Assembly (NCBI GenBank): GCA_963801815.1
Contig: CAWDGJ010000003.1
Span: 544,001-608,000, forward strand
DNA length: 64,000 nucleotides
Origin: an uncultured Verrucomicrobiae bacterium
Lineage (GTDB): Bacteria > Verrucomicrobiota > Verrucomicrobiia > Chthoniobacterales > UBA10450
Reading direction: 5' to 3'
In this document: one piece after another, positions 30,182 through 40,441 of the stretch
Layout of the letters: the number at the start of each line of letters is the position of its first letter
Numbering within the stretch: the first letter of the stretch is position 1
Notes under the pieces: generated by a model
Told to the model about the DNA's origin: nothing
Seen by the model: only the letters and a program-made list of their open reading frames with translations
The model's database searches: none
Translations under genes and position numbers: made by a program

Positions 30182-32008
30182 ATGCCGACAGCGCCGGAAC
30201 TGACGGGCCAGCGGAACGATCGTCGAATCAAACTCGCGGTTTGCATCTTCCTCACGGCGATCATCTGGATCGTGTTCGCTCAGACACTTCGGCACGATTT
30301 CATCAATTTCGACGACGACCGCTATGTTTACGAAAACAGCGAGGTCAGTCGCGGACTTACTGTCGAAGGATTCAGGTGGTTGCTCACTCACAGCCATGCC
30401 GACCTTTGGCATCCGCTGACGACTCTGAGCCATATGCTCGATTGTCAGATCTATGGGCTGAAACCCGCGGGCCATCATTTCACCAACGTCCTTTTGCACA
30501 ACATCGGAGCGGTGTTGCTGTTTTTGGTGCTTTGCAGAATGACCGGCCGTCCGAGCCGGACTGGCACCATTTGGCGAAGCGCCTTTGTCGCGGCGATTTT
30601 TGCCATTCATCCAATGCGCGTGGAATCGGTGGCCTGGATCGCGGAACGCAAGGATGTGCTCAGCGGCGTCTTTTTTATGCTGACTTTGGCCGCGTATTTC
30701 CGTTACGCGCGCGCGCCGAGCATAGGTCGTTACATCGCGATGTCGGTCTTCGTGGTCTGCGGTTTAATGTCGAAGGCGACGTTTGTCACCGTGCCGGTAG
30801 TGTTGCTGTTGTTAGATTATTGGCCGCTCCAAAGATGTCAGAGGTCAGATGTCAGCGGTCAGCGATCAGCGGCCCTTGGTCTTGTTCTTGAAAAGATTCC
30901 GTTGCTGGCGCTGTCAGCCGCTGCCGCTGCCGTGACGATATTCGTGCAAAGAGTTACCATGCCGACGTTGGATCAATTGCCGCTTCTGCCGCGGACCAAG
31001 AATGCGGCTGTGAGTCTCGTCGCTTATTTCGGCCAAATGTTTTGGCCAACCGGTCTCTCGATTTTTTATCCGCATCCGCACGATCAGTTGAATGTCTGGC
31101 TGGTCCTCGCTTCAGCGTCGCTGCTGATTGCGATCACGCTGCTCGTTATCTTTCTGCGGCGAGAGCGGCCTTACCTGTTCGTTGGCTGGTTCTGGTTCTT
31201 GATTCTGGTTGCGCCGGTATCCGGGATTTTTCAGGCAGGCCTGCAAGCCAGGGCCGATCGTTTTACTTACTTGCCGCACATTGGAATCACGATTGCCCTG
31301 ACTTGGGCGATCGCGGACCTGACGAAGCAGTGGCAGAACCGAAGTGTGATTCTGACGTCAACGGCGAGTTGCTTTATTGTCGCATTCGCGATTGTCAGTT
31401 GGAAACAAACCACCTACTGGCGCGATAGTATTTCGGTTTGGAAGCACGCGCTCGTCGTTACCTCCAACAATCAGACCGCCCACCGGGATTTGGCCGCTGC
31501 GTTGTATGCGCACGGTCAGATTGCCGAATCTAAAATCCAATCGCGAACTGCCGACATCATTCACGCCCAAACAACGCTGAAGGATTACCCCCTTGATGTT
31601 TCGGTGCGCGATAACCTCGGCATTCTCCTGATTCGAGCTGGCGACACTTCCGGCGCAATCCAGCAGTGGGAAACTAGTTTGCAGATCAATCCAAACGACG
31701 GCAACGCTCTCAACAATCTCGCTTGGATATTGGCAACTTATCCTATCGACTCGGTCCGCGACGGTAAAAGAGCGGTCGAACTGGCGAAGAAAGCGGTCGC
31801 TCTTCCCGGCGGACAATTACCAGTGGTGCTTCGGACCCTGGCCGCGGCTTATGCTGAGAATGGTGACTTTGCCAATGCAATCGATACCGCACAGCGCGCA
31901 GCGGAGTTGGCCAGTGCTCAAGGAAACAGTTCGCTCGCCGAAACTTTGCGGCATGAAGCAGAACTTTATCTGGCGCATACGGTGTATCGTGAAAAACCTC
32001 CGGAGTAA
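30182..32008 (+). CDS. TMTC-like multi-TM GT-C protein with C-terminal TPRs (paralog 1)
   Basis: FINFDD, WHPLT, HFTNVLLH, FAIHPMRVESVAWIAERKDVL, ADRFTYLP, TPRs. Confidence 0.8.
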   Translation: MPTAPELTGQRNDRRIKLAVCIFLTAIIWIVFAQTLRHDFINFDDDRYVYENSEVSRGLTVEGFRWLLTHSHADLWHPLTTLSHMLDCQIYGLKPAGHHFTNVLLHNIGAVLLFLVLCRMTGRPSRTGTIWRSAFVAAIFAIHPMRVESVAWIAERKDVLSGVFFMLTLAAYFRYARAPSIGRYIAMSVFVVCGLMSKATFVTVPVVLLLLDYWPLQRCQRSDVSGQRSAALGLVLEKIPLLALSAAAAAVTIFVQRVTMPTLDQLPLLPRTKNAAVSLVAYFGQMFWPTGLSIFYPHPHDQLNVWLVLASASLLIAITLLVIFLRRERPYLFVGWFWFLILVAPVSGIFQAGLQARADRFTYLPHIGITIALTWAIADLTKQWQNRSVILTSTASCFIVAFAIVSWKQTTYWRDSISVWKHALVVTSNNQTAHRDLAAALYAHGQIAESKIQSRTADIIHAQTTLKDYPLDVSVRDNLGILLIRAGDTSGAIQQWETSLQINPNDGNALNNLAWILATYPIDSVRDGKRAVELAKKAVALPGGQLPVVLRTLAAAYAENGDFANAIDTAQRAAELASAQGNSSLAETLRHEAELYLAHTVYREKPPE

Positions 32009-32032
32009 CAAGAACATTTGTCGGCTTCTCGG

Positions 32033-34039
32033 ATGAAAAACGCAGCTCATCGATCGAAGAACATTTGGCCGCGCTTGGCCATTTGCGCAGTCGTTGTCGC
32101 CCTGATTTGGATCGTGTTTGACCAAACGCTTCGATTCAATTTCGTAAACTACGACGATCGCACCTACGTCTACGGCAACTCGTTAGTCTCGGCCGGACTG
32201 AGCTTGAATGGATTGGGACGGGCTTTCGTTGATACGAAAACGCGCAATTGGCATCCGCTCACGATCATCTCGCACATGATCGATTGTCAGTTCTACGGCC
32301 TCAACGCTGGCGGCCATCATTTCACGAATGTTTTGCTGCACTCGGTCGCAGCGCTGTTGCTGTTCGCCTGGCTGTTCAACGTTACCAACAAGTTTTGGAA
32401 CGCTGCGTTCGTGACCGCAGTGTTCGCGATTCATCCGTTGCGCGTCGAATCCGTCGCCTGGATTGCGGAACGTAAGGACGTCCTGAGCGCGACCTTCTTC
32501 TTTCTGACCTTGTTGGCTTACGCGCGATACCTGCGAGCGCGATCGGCCGGCCGCTATGTGACGATGTCGATCTTGTTCGCTTGCGGTCTGATGTCGAAGC
32601 CGATGGTCGTGACGCTTCCGGTCATTTTGATTTTGCTCGACTACTGGCCGTTCCAACGCATCAGCGATCTGAAATCGTTGTGGCGCGGCACTGTTGAGAA
32701 GCTTCCGCTGTTTGGTCTTTCGCTGGCGTCCTGCGTCATTACTTTTCTTTTGCAGGAACGATCGACCGGTTCGATTGCCCAACTGCCGTTCACTTGGCGG
32801 TTGGAAAACGCTCTGGTCAGTTGCGTCACATACGTCATCCAGATTTTCTGGCCGGCTAATCTGACTGTTTTTTATCCGCATCCAGAAGACACCCTCGCGT
32901 GGTGGCAAATCGCAGGCGCGGCTCTCTTTCTCATTGCGGTCACTTGGATCGCGTTCGTTTTACGGCGAACCAAACCGTATCTCGTCGTCGGCTGGCTTTG
33001 GTATCTCGTCATGCTGTTGCCGGTGATTGGAATTGTGGAGGTCGGGTTGCAAAGTCACGCGGATCGTTACACCTATTTGCCTCACGTTGGATTGTACATC
33101 GCGGTAACTTGGTTGATTGCGGAGGCGGCAACGTCCTTCCGCGTCCCCAAACTTGCCGCCGCAACCGTTGCTGCGGTCGCAATTATTGCCCTGACCGCCT
33201 GCGCGTGGAAGCAAACGACTTACTGGCGGAACAGCGAAGCGCTTTGGACCCGCGCGCTTGCGGTGACGAAGGACAACGACGTTGCGCACACGAATTATGG
33301 TATGTGGTTAATGGATCGCGGCCAGCTGGACGATGCGTTGTCTCATCTTCAAACCGCTCTCAGTATTCGCTCAGCAAGCTCGCATGCGCATTACAGTCTT
33401 AACCTCGCGCTCATTCACGGCGCCGTTGGCAATGTTCTCGCACGTAAAGGCCAACTCGATGATGCGATCTCCGAATTGCGCGAATCGTCGCGTTTGCAGC
33501 CGGCCTACCCTGATGCCCACTACAATCTCGGAACCGCCCTGTTCCAAAAAGGCGACGTCGACGGCGCGATCTCGGAATGGCGAACGACCCTGTCGCTCCA
33601 GCCCGATGATGCGGGCGCTCAGACAAGCTTGGGAAATGCGCTCGTTCAAAAGGGCGAGCTCCGCGAAGCGACGGAACATTACCAAGCCGCTTTGCGATCC
33701 GCGCCGGACTCGGTTCTTCCGCTCAACAATCTCGCCTGGATTTTGTCGACGTCCCCGGAGGCAGCTTTGAGAAATGGCGCGAGAGCGGTTGAATTGGCGA
33801 AGGAGGCGGATCGGTTGTCGCAAAACAACAATCCGATCTTTGTTCGAACACTCGCCGCGGCACTTGCCGAAGCCGGCCAGTTTGAAAACGCGATCAACAC
33901 CGCCGAAAGCGCGGCGCGACTTGCCAACGCGCAAGGACAACCGGCGCTTGCTCGGCAGCTCGCAGAGGACGCCGATTTATATCGACGCAAGTTGCCGTTG
34001 CGTGACCAAAGTCTGACGAATGCGCCAAAGAATCGTTGA
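32033..34039 (+). CDS. TMTC-like multi-TM GT-C protein with C-terminal TPRs (paralog 2)
   Basis: FVNYDD, WHPLT, FAIHPLRVESVAWIAERKD, ADRYTYLP, more TPR units than paralogs 1 and 3. Confidence 0.8.
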   Translation: MKNAAHRSKNIWPRLAICAVVVALIWIVFDQTLRFNFVNYDDRTYVYGNSLVSAGLSLNGLGRAFVDTKTRNWHPLTIISHMIDCQFYGLNAGGHHFTNVLLHSVAALLLFAWLFNVTNKFWNAAFVTAVFAIHPLRVESVAWIAERKDVLSATFFFLTLLAYARYLRARSAGRYVTMSILFACGLMSKPMVVTLPVILILLDYWPFQRISDLKSLWRGTVEKLPLFGLSLASCVITFLLQERSTGSIAQLPFTWRLENALVSCVTYVIQIFWPANLTVFYPHPEDTLAWWQIAGAALFLIAVTWIAFVLRRTKPYLVVGWLWYLVMLLPVIGIVEVGLQSHADRYTYLPHVGLYIAVTWLIAEAATSFRVPKLAAATVAAVAIIALTACAWKQTTYWRNSEALWTRALAVTKDNDVAHTNYGMWLMDRGQLDDALSHLQTALSIRSASSHAHYSLNLALIHGAVGNVLARKGQLDDAISELRESSRLQPAYPDAHYNLGTALFQKGDVDGAISEWRTTLSLQPDDAGAQTSLGNALVQKGELREATEHYQAALRSAPDSVLPLNNLAWILSTSPEAALRNGARAVELAKEADRLSQNNNPIFVRTLAAALAEAGQFENAINTAESAARLANAQGQPALARQLAEDADLYRRKLPLRDQSLTNAPKNR

Positions 34040-35846
34040 TCGCTGGAGCGGCGTCGCCGTTTGCGCGAGCCTGATTGCGCTCGTTTGGTTCGTATTCGGC
34101 CAGACGGTCAAGTTCCCGTTCATTAACTTCGACGATCCCGAATACGTTTATGAGGTTCCCGAGATCCGCAGCGGCGTTTCACTCCACAACATCACTTGGG
34201 CGTTCACTCATTGGCCTGCCACGAACTGGTTTCCACTCAAAAACATCTCGCACATGCTGGAGTTCCAGTTCTATGGATTCAATCCCGGATTGTTTCATCT
34301 GACCAACGTGGTTCTTCACGCCACCGCGGCTGTTTTACTTTTTCTTGTGCTACGGCGAATGACTGGCGCGACTTGGCGCGCAGCATTCGTCGCTGCGGTC
34401 TTTGCGATTCATCCGTTGCGCGCGGAGTCAGTCGTGTGGATCGAGGAACGCAAAGACGTCCTCAGCGGCGTGTTCTTCATGCTGACGTTGGCCGCCTATG
34501 TCCACTACACACGCAAACCGTCAATCGGCCGCTACGTCGCAATGTCGATCTTGTTCGCTGCCGGCTTGCTCTCCAAACCAATGCTGGTCACGACGCCGGT
34601 AATTTTGCTGCTGCTCGATTATTGGTCACGGTTCGCGGGAGCGAACTCTACGGCGGGACTGCGTGAGCGCGAAGACGCGAATCGCAGTAGGGAAGCCGGC
34701 GACTCGGTTTGGGAAACCGAGAGGGTAGGAAGCGCGTGGCCGAAACTGATTCTAGAAAAGGTTCCGTTGTTCGCGCTTTCGCTCGCCGACGCGTATCTGA
34801 GCGCAGGCGGAATCGCAACCGCCCACAGCAGCGCGGATCAATTGCCGTTGGCTGCGCGAATCGCGAACGCCTTGGTCAGTTACATCGTTTATATCTGGCG
34901 AACGATCTGGCCGGCCAAACTCGGCGTTTTTTATCCGTATCCGCCAAATGGTTTGCCGGCGTGGCAACCCGTGATTGCAGCTGCGATGCTAGTCGTGATC
35001 ACGACTTTCGTTTTCGTGCTTCGAAAGTCGCGCCCCTACCTGCTCGTCGGCTGGCTTTGGTATGTCGTGATGTTGTTGCCGGTCATCGGAATCATTCAGA
35101 TCAATCTCCAGGCCCAGGCCGATCGTTACACTTATCTTCCGCAAATTGGGCTCTACCTGATGATTGGCTGGGGCGCGGCCGATCTTTTCGCAACCGTGCG
35201 ATTTCGAGCTCCAATCACCACCGCGGCTGCGGTTGCTGTAATTTTTGCGTTCTCATTCGTGGCCCGCGCGCAGGTTTCATTTTGGCGCGACAGCGAAACC
35301 CTCTGGAACCACACCATCGCCGTAACGAAGGACAATTATTTCGCACACGCGAGTCTCGCCGATCTTTTGATGCGCGGCGGACGCGTGAACGAAGCCATCG
35401 AACATTCCAAAGAAGCCCTGCGCATTCGGCCGAACGACGCCAATGCTCAAAACAATCTTGGACTCGCCTTGTTGCAAACCGGGGATAACAAGGCCGCGGC
35501 TACGCATTTGGAAAAGGCTTTAGAGATCGATCCCGGCCAGATGAACGCGGAAGTAAATCTCGCCTGGATTCTCGCAACGTCGTCTGACGATTCACTGCGC
35601 GACGGCTCCCGCGCGGTTCAACTCGTGGAAGATGTTGCCAGTCGCGCGGGTCACGCGAACGCGATCGTCCTGCGAACGCTGGCCGCCGCTTACGCGGAAA
35701 CCGGCCGCTTCAACGACGCGATTGTAACCGCGCAACACGCGATCGAAATCGCAAAGGCAACCGGCAACGAAGATTTGGTCGACGATTTGGAACGAAACGT
35801 CGCCGCCTATCGCGCGAATCGACCGATCCGCAGTGGACCTCAGTAA
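34020..35846 (+). CDS. TMTC-like multi-TM GT-C protein with C-terminal TPRs (paralog 3)
   Basis: FINFDD, WFPLK, FAIHPLRAESVVWIEERKD, ADRYTYLP, TPRs. Confidence 0.8.
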   Translation: MRQRIVDRWSGVAVCASLIALVWFVFGQTVKFPFINFDDPEYVYEVPEIRSGVSLHNITWAFTHWPATNWFPLKNISHMLEFQFYGFNPGLFHLTNVVLHATAAVLLFLVLRRMTGATWRAAFVAAVFAIHPLRAESVVWIEERKDVLSGVFFMLTLAAYVHYTRKPSIGRYVAMSILFAAGLLSKPMLVTTPVILLLLDYWSRFAGANSTAGLREREDANRSREAGDSVWETERVGSAWPKLILEKVPLFALSLADAYLSAGGIATAHSSADQLPLAARIANALVSYIVYIWRTIWPAKLGVFYPYPPNGLPAWQPVIAAAMLVVITTFVFVLRKSRPYLLVGWLWYVVMLLPVIGIIQINLQAQADRYTYLPQIGLYLMIGWGAADLFATVRFRAPITTAAAVAVIFAFSFVARAQVSFWRDSETLWNHTIAVTKDNYFAHASLADLLMRGGRVNEAIEHSKEALRIRPNDANAQNNLGLALLQTGDNKAAATHLEKALEIDPGQMNAEVNLAWILATSSDDSLRDGSRAVQLVEDVASRAGHANAIVLRTLAAAYAETGRFNDAIVTAQHAIEIAKATGNEDLVDDLERNVAAYRANRPIRSGPQ

Positions 35847-35979
35847 TGGACTGAAGACTGCGATCTATAAATGGAATTGGCTGACAAATTTTATATAACC
35901 CTTGTTAGGTGTTTCGAGCCCGCCCACGGTGAAATCGTTTCGCGTATACTTGCGTGAGCCGATATTGGAGCCCTCCGTT

Positions 35980-36414
35980 ATGGCCGAAGATTATGCGCCA
36001 GAACAGGTCGCGGCCCTTCGTGCTAGTTTTAGTCCGCTCGCCGAGCGCTATCGGCGTCGCCTTCGCCTCGTGGGCTACGGCATCGCCGCATTTTTCATAT
36101 TCATCATTCTCGCAGTTTTACTGCACAGGCAGGCTGCTTACATATGGATTGCAGCGGTTTGTTCATGGCTTTTCATTCTTTTCGCTGCGCCGCGCATTCC
36201 GCGCTGTCCGGCGTGTCATAACAAGATCGATCCGCCCTCAGGTGCGTTTTGTCCCGAGTGCGGCAGCCGTTCCTTGCAGCCTGGGAGGTGGTTTCAGTGG
36301 CCACACTGCGTTTCATGCGGCAAGACCTTGGGGCGGCGACCCAAAGGGGGAAGGCGCTATAGAATAAAAGCATGTACCCACTGCGGGCTAATGCTTGAGG
36401 AGCGAGGCCTTTGA
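35980..36414 (+). CDS. Membrane protein with four CxxC zinc-ribbon motifs
   Basis: Two TM segments, then CPAC, CPEC, CVSC, CTHC. Confidence 0.65.
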   Translation: MAEDYAPEQVAALRASFSPLAERYRRRLRLVGYGIAAFFIFIILAVLLHRQAAYIWIAAVCSWLFILFAAPRIPRCPACHNKIDPPSGAFCPECGSRSLQPGRWFQWPHCVSCGKTLGRRPKGGRRYRIKACTHCGLMLEERGL

Positions 36415-36452
36415 ACCGGCACTAACCGACCGCTGGAGCCAGCAACAGAGCT

Positions 36453-37818
36453 TTACGCGATCCAGATTGTTTTTGCGTTCATGAACTCGCGGATACCAGC
36501 AGTGCCGAGCTCGCGGCCGAATCCCGGAACGTTTCACGCCGCCAAACGGCAATCGCGGGTCGGATGCGACCATGGAGTTGATGAACACCATGCCGCTTTG
36601 AAGTTCCGACGCGAAAAGTTCTTGTTCGATTTGATCGTTGGTCCATGCGCTCGCGCCCAAACCAAATGTGCTGTCGTTGGCGAGTTCGATCGCTTCCTCT
36701 GCATTTCGAACGCGCAGAACCGCCGCGACCGGGCCGAAAACTTCTTCGCGAAATGCAGGCGCATTTCTCGGAACATTGATCAGCACGGTCGGCTCGTAAA
36801 AGAATCCAGGGCCGGTTATTCGATTTCCGCCAGTTAGCAACTTCGCCCCCATCGCGATCGACCTCTGCACCTGGTCGTGAACGCCTCTCAAAATGTTCTC
36901 GGTCGCGAGGGGGCCAACCTCGATCGCTTCGTCAAACGGGTCGCCGACTTTGAGCGATCGCATTCGCTCCACAAACTGATCCAGGAACTTGTCGTAAATC
37001 TTGTCGGCAATGAAAAATCGTTTCGCAGCGATGCACGATTGCCCGGTGTTCTGCGTTCGCGCTTTGACGGCCGTCGTCACCGCGAGTTCGAAATCGGCGC
37101 TCGGCATGACGATGAACGGGTCGCTGCCGCCGAGCTCGAGCACGCTCTTCTTAATTTCGCGCGCGGCAATGCTGCTCACCGCGCTGCCGGCCTTTTCGCT
37201 TCCGGTCAGCGTGACCGCTTTGATTCGTGAATCGACAATTACTTTTTCGACTTGTTTGGCTTCAATCAAAAGCGTCTGAAAAATCCCTTCGTCGAACCCG
37301 GCACGACAAAAGAGTCGCTCGATGGCGAGGGCACATTGCGGAACGTTTCCAGCGTGTTTGAGAATTCCGACATTACCACCCATTAACGCGGGCGCGGCGA
37401 ACCGGAACACCTGCCAGAACGGAAAATTCCACGGCATGATCGCAAGCACAGGGCCCATCGGCTCGTAATGAACGTATGAACGCCCCGCGGTGGTTTGTGC
37501 CGGTTCGTCTTCCAGGAAACGCTGGGCGTTCTCGGCATAATAACGACAACCACGCGCGCACTTTTCGATCTCGGCGACGCTGTCGCGAAACAATTTCCCC
37601 ATCTCGAGCGTGATGATCCTGGCGAGCTCATCCTTTTCTTGTTCGAGTAAAGACGCCGCAGCCATCATCAGGTTGGCGCGTGTTGGAAACGGCTCGCGCC
37701 GGTGCTTTTCAAATGCCGTAGCAGCGAGTTTCAGGCGCTTTTCGATCTCGGCATCGTTGTGTGGGGAAAATTCCTTCAGCTTTTCGCCTGTAGCCGGATT
37801 AATCGACGCGATCGCCAT
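36453..37818 (-). CDS. gabD: NAD(P)-dependent succinate-semialdehyde dehydrogenase (one apparent +1 indel near the 3' end)
   Basis: IMPWNFP, LTGSEKAG, LELGGSD, GQSCIAAKR, EEVFGP; true C-terminus GFGRELG...NAKTIWIA* lies in the shifted frame. Confidence 0.88.
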
Positions 37819-37857
37819 ACATTAATTAAACGCAGCTCGAGGGCTCCGCGACTCGGA

Positions 37858-38005
37858 AAATCCCAAATCCCAAGCTCCAAATTCCAGACAAACTCAAAAC
37901 TCCAATGACCAAAGACGGGCGCTGTTTTGAAATTTGGATGATTTGAGTCTGCCTGGGATTTGGATGTTGGGATTTGGGGTTTTTCAAAGCTTGGGCTTTG
38001 GGATT
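37858..38005. repeat. Inverted arrays of degenerate heptamers (AAATCCC / TTGGGAT)
   Basis: AAATCCCAAATCCCAAGCTCCAAATTCC ... GGGATTTGGATGTTGGGATTTGG. Confidence 0.65.
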
Positions 38006-39585
38006 TAAATTCTCAGTCCTTTTGGAATCAGAACGCGATCGAGAAGATCGAAGAACGTTTGCACTAGCAACGCCAGGATCGCCGCAGGGATCGCCCCTTG
38101 AAGAATCGTCGCGTGATCGTTCAGGTTGAGGCCGCTCAGGATCGGTTCGCCCAAACCTCCGGCGCCGATCAATGCCGCGAGCGTTGCAGTGCCGATGTTG
38201 ATCACTGCGCTGGTTTTGATGCCGGCGAGGATCGAGCGCGACGCCATCGGCAAATAGATCTGCCACAGGCGAGCGCGTGGACTTAGCCCAAGTGCGATCG
38301 CGGACTCGCGCAACGCGCGCGGAATGTCTTGCAGGCCGGTGGCAGTGTTGCGGACGATTGGAAGCAAGCCGTAGAGAAAAAGCGCTGCAATCGCGGTGCG
38401 CACGCTGATTCCAAAAAATGGCAATGGCACCAGCAGCGCCAGCAACGCGAGCGACGGAATTGTTTGCACAATTCCAGCAAACCCAAGAATCACATGTCCA
38501 ATTGCGCCGCCGCGACTTGCCCAAATGCCCAGCGGCACTCCGACCAGAATTGAGAGCAGCAACGAAAATCCCGCGAGCTCGAGATGACGGGTAGTCCAAC
38601 GCGTCAACTTGTGAGCAAAGCTTTCACCAAAGACCGACCGTGAAACTTGACCGTTTAAAACGGTCGAGTTTTCCGTCGACTCTTGAAACGATGCGAAGAA
38701 CAAATTTGCTGCCACAGTGTAGTCTTTGGTGCGCTCGGCTTCGGCGTTCAGTCGGGTCATCGTCGATTCACCGATCTTTCCTTCGAGGCCCTTCAACGAC
38801 GCAACCGCTTTGTTGTTCAACGCCAGCCGATACAAAAACACAGCGTCGTAACGCGGAAAGAATTTCTGATCGTCATCGAGAACGACCAGATCAAGCTGCG
38901 CGATCTTGGCGTCCGTGGAGTAAGCGTCCTTCACATCGATCTGGCCACTCTTCAGCGCGTCGTAACCGAGTGCGTGATCGATCCCGATGACGTTTCGTGA
39001 ATTCAATCGATACGCGACCGCCAAAGGTCGCCATCCATCTTGTCGATCCAGGAATTCATGTGTCAGACCGAATTTCAGTTCCTGATTTTTCCGCAAATCG
39101 CTGATCGAGCGGATGCCGAGCGCGTTGGCGCGATCGCGCCGCATTACCAGCGCGTAGGTATTATTGAAGCCGAGGGGTTTGGTCATGCCGACTCCGACTT
39201 TGCTTAGCTCGTCCGCGACGGAATCGACGGGCATGGGATCGCTCCGCTTCAAGATTTCCTGGACGATCGTGCCGGTGTACTCCGGATAAGCGTCGATCTG
39301 TCCGTTACGGAGCGCTTCCCATAGAATGATCGTCCCGCCCATTCCCTGACGATGTTCGGCGGAAATTCCGGCGTCGCTGAGTCGGCGTTTCGCGATTTCG
39401 CCGAGCACGTATGACTCGGTGAACTTCTTTGATCCGATCACGATCGGGTCAGCTGCTGAAGCAGAAGATTGAATTAGGAAAGCATGAACCCAGGAAAAGA
39501 TCAGTAGGCCGAACCACAGTCTCTTAAAACTTGACTGTTTAAACCGGTCAAGTTTCCGGAGGCATTTGCGCGACTGAAATTTCAT
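38005..39585 (-). CDS. Osmoprotectant/quaternary-amine ABC transporter, substrate-binding + permease fusion
   Basis: IGSKKFTESYVLGE, IDAYPEYTGT, NNTYAL, QTIPSLALL, GAGGLG. Confidence 0.9.
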   Translation of the reverse strand: MKFQSRKCLRKLDRFKQSSFKRLWFGLLIFSWVHAFLIQSSASAADPIVIGSKKFTESYVLGEIAKRRLSDAGISAEHRQGMGGTIILWEALRNGQIDAYPEYTGTIVQEILKRSDPMPVDSVADELSKVGVGMTKPLGFNNTYALVMRRDRANALGIRSISDLRKNQELKFGLTHEFLDRQDGWRPLAVAYRLNSRNVIGIDHALGYDALKSGQIDVKDAYSTDAKIAQLDLVVLDDDQKFFPRYDAVFLYRLALNNKAVASLKGLEGKIGESTMTRLNAEAERTKDYTVAANLFFASFQESTENSTVLNGQVSRSVFGESFAHKLTRWTTRHLELAGFSLLLSILVGVPLGIWASRGGAIGHVILGFAGIVQTIPSLALLALLVPLPFFGISVRTAIAALFLYGLLPIVRNTATGLQDIPRALRESAIALGLSPRARLWQIYLPMASRSILAGIKTSAVINIGTATLAALIGAGGLGEPILSGLNLNDHATILQGAIPAAILALLVQTFFDLLDRVLIPKGLRI

Positions 39586-40385
39586 CCGATGGCGAGACTC
39601 CGTTGAGCGTTGATGAATTCGGTAACAAAATTGCTGACTGGATTTTGTTGAAGATCTTTGAGCAAGCCTTGTTGGACGATTCGACCTTCGTTCATGAGCA
39701 CGATTACGTCGCCGAGATAAGCAGCTTCAGCGAGATCATGAGTGACGAGCAGTGCGGTTTGCTTCAGACGTCCGAAGATTTCTTTTAAATCTTTTTGCAG
39801 CGCAGCGCGCACCAAGGGATCGAGCGCGCCAAGCGGCTCATCGAGCAGCAGCAGCTCGGGCGAAAGCATCAGTGCACGCATCAAACTCACGCGTTGGCGC
39901 TGGCCGCCAGAAAGCTCCAGCGGATACCGGTCGAGAAGATTTTCGGGAAAACGTGTCAGCGCGCAAAGCTCGCTTAATCGCGTTTGCATCTCGCGCTCGC
40001 TGTCAAAACTTGGCGGCTTAAAGCCGTCAAGTTTTGCTGCGGCCGATTTCGATCCGCTCACTCGGCGAAGGTTACGCGCCATCAGCAGAACGTTGCCGCG
40101 CGCGGTCAGGTGCGGAAAGAGTCCGCCTTCCTGAATCACGTAACCAACTCGGCGACGAACGGTGTCGAACTTCTCCGCCTGCAACGGCGCTCCGTCGAAC
40201 TTGATTTCGCCGTTGTCGGGTTCGAGCAGGCCAATGATGAGCCGCAGCAAAGTCGATTTGCCACAACCGCTCGGCCCGATAAGCACGGTTGTTTTTCCGC
40301 GCCCGACCGAAAGGTCGATCTCATGAACGGCGGCGGCGTCGCCGAAGGTTTTACTAACTGCTAAAAGTTGAACCAGAGCGTTCAT
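39582..40385 (-). CDS. ABC transporter ATP-binding protein (OpuA/ProV-like)
   Basis: GPSGCGKST, GYVIQEGGLFPHLT, LSGGQRQR, LLLDEP. Confidence 0.93.
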   Translation of the reverse strand: MNALVQLLAVSKTFGDAAAVHEIDLSVGRGKTTVLIGPSGCGKSTLLRLIIGLLEPDNGEIKFDGAPLQAEKFDTVRRRVGYVIQEGGLFPHLTARGNVLLMARNLRRVSGSKSAAAKLDGFKPPSFDSEREMQTRLSELCALTRFPENLLDRYPLELSGGQRQRVSLMRALMLSPELLLLDEPLGALDPLVRAALQKDLKEIFGRLKQTALLVTHDLAEAAYLGDVIVLMNEGRIVQQGLLKDLQQNPVSNFVTEFINAQRSLAIG

Positions 40386-40387
40386 GT

Positions 40388-40441
40388 TGTAGCCGCAGCC
40401 CTATGGGCCGCGTGCAGGCGTCGCACAGCGACGCGGCTACA
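40388..40441. repeat. GTAG-type REP-like element
   Basis: TGTAGCCGC...GCGTCGCACAGCGACGCGGCTACA; contains the egtD stop codon. Confidence 0.6.

Noticed and set aside
36388..36530. Novel C-terminal extension of gabD in the ORF track
   Set aside because: Removing one G from a GGG run restores the canonical GFGRELG...KTIWIA end at 36453.
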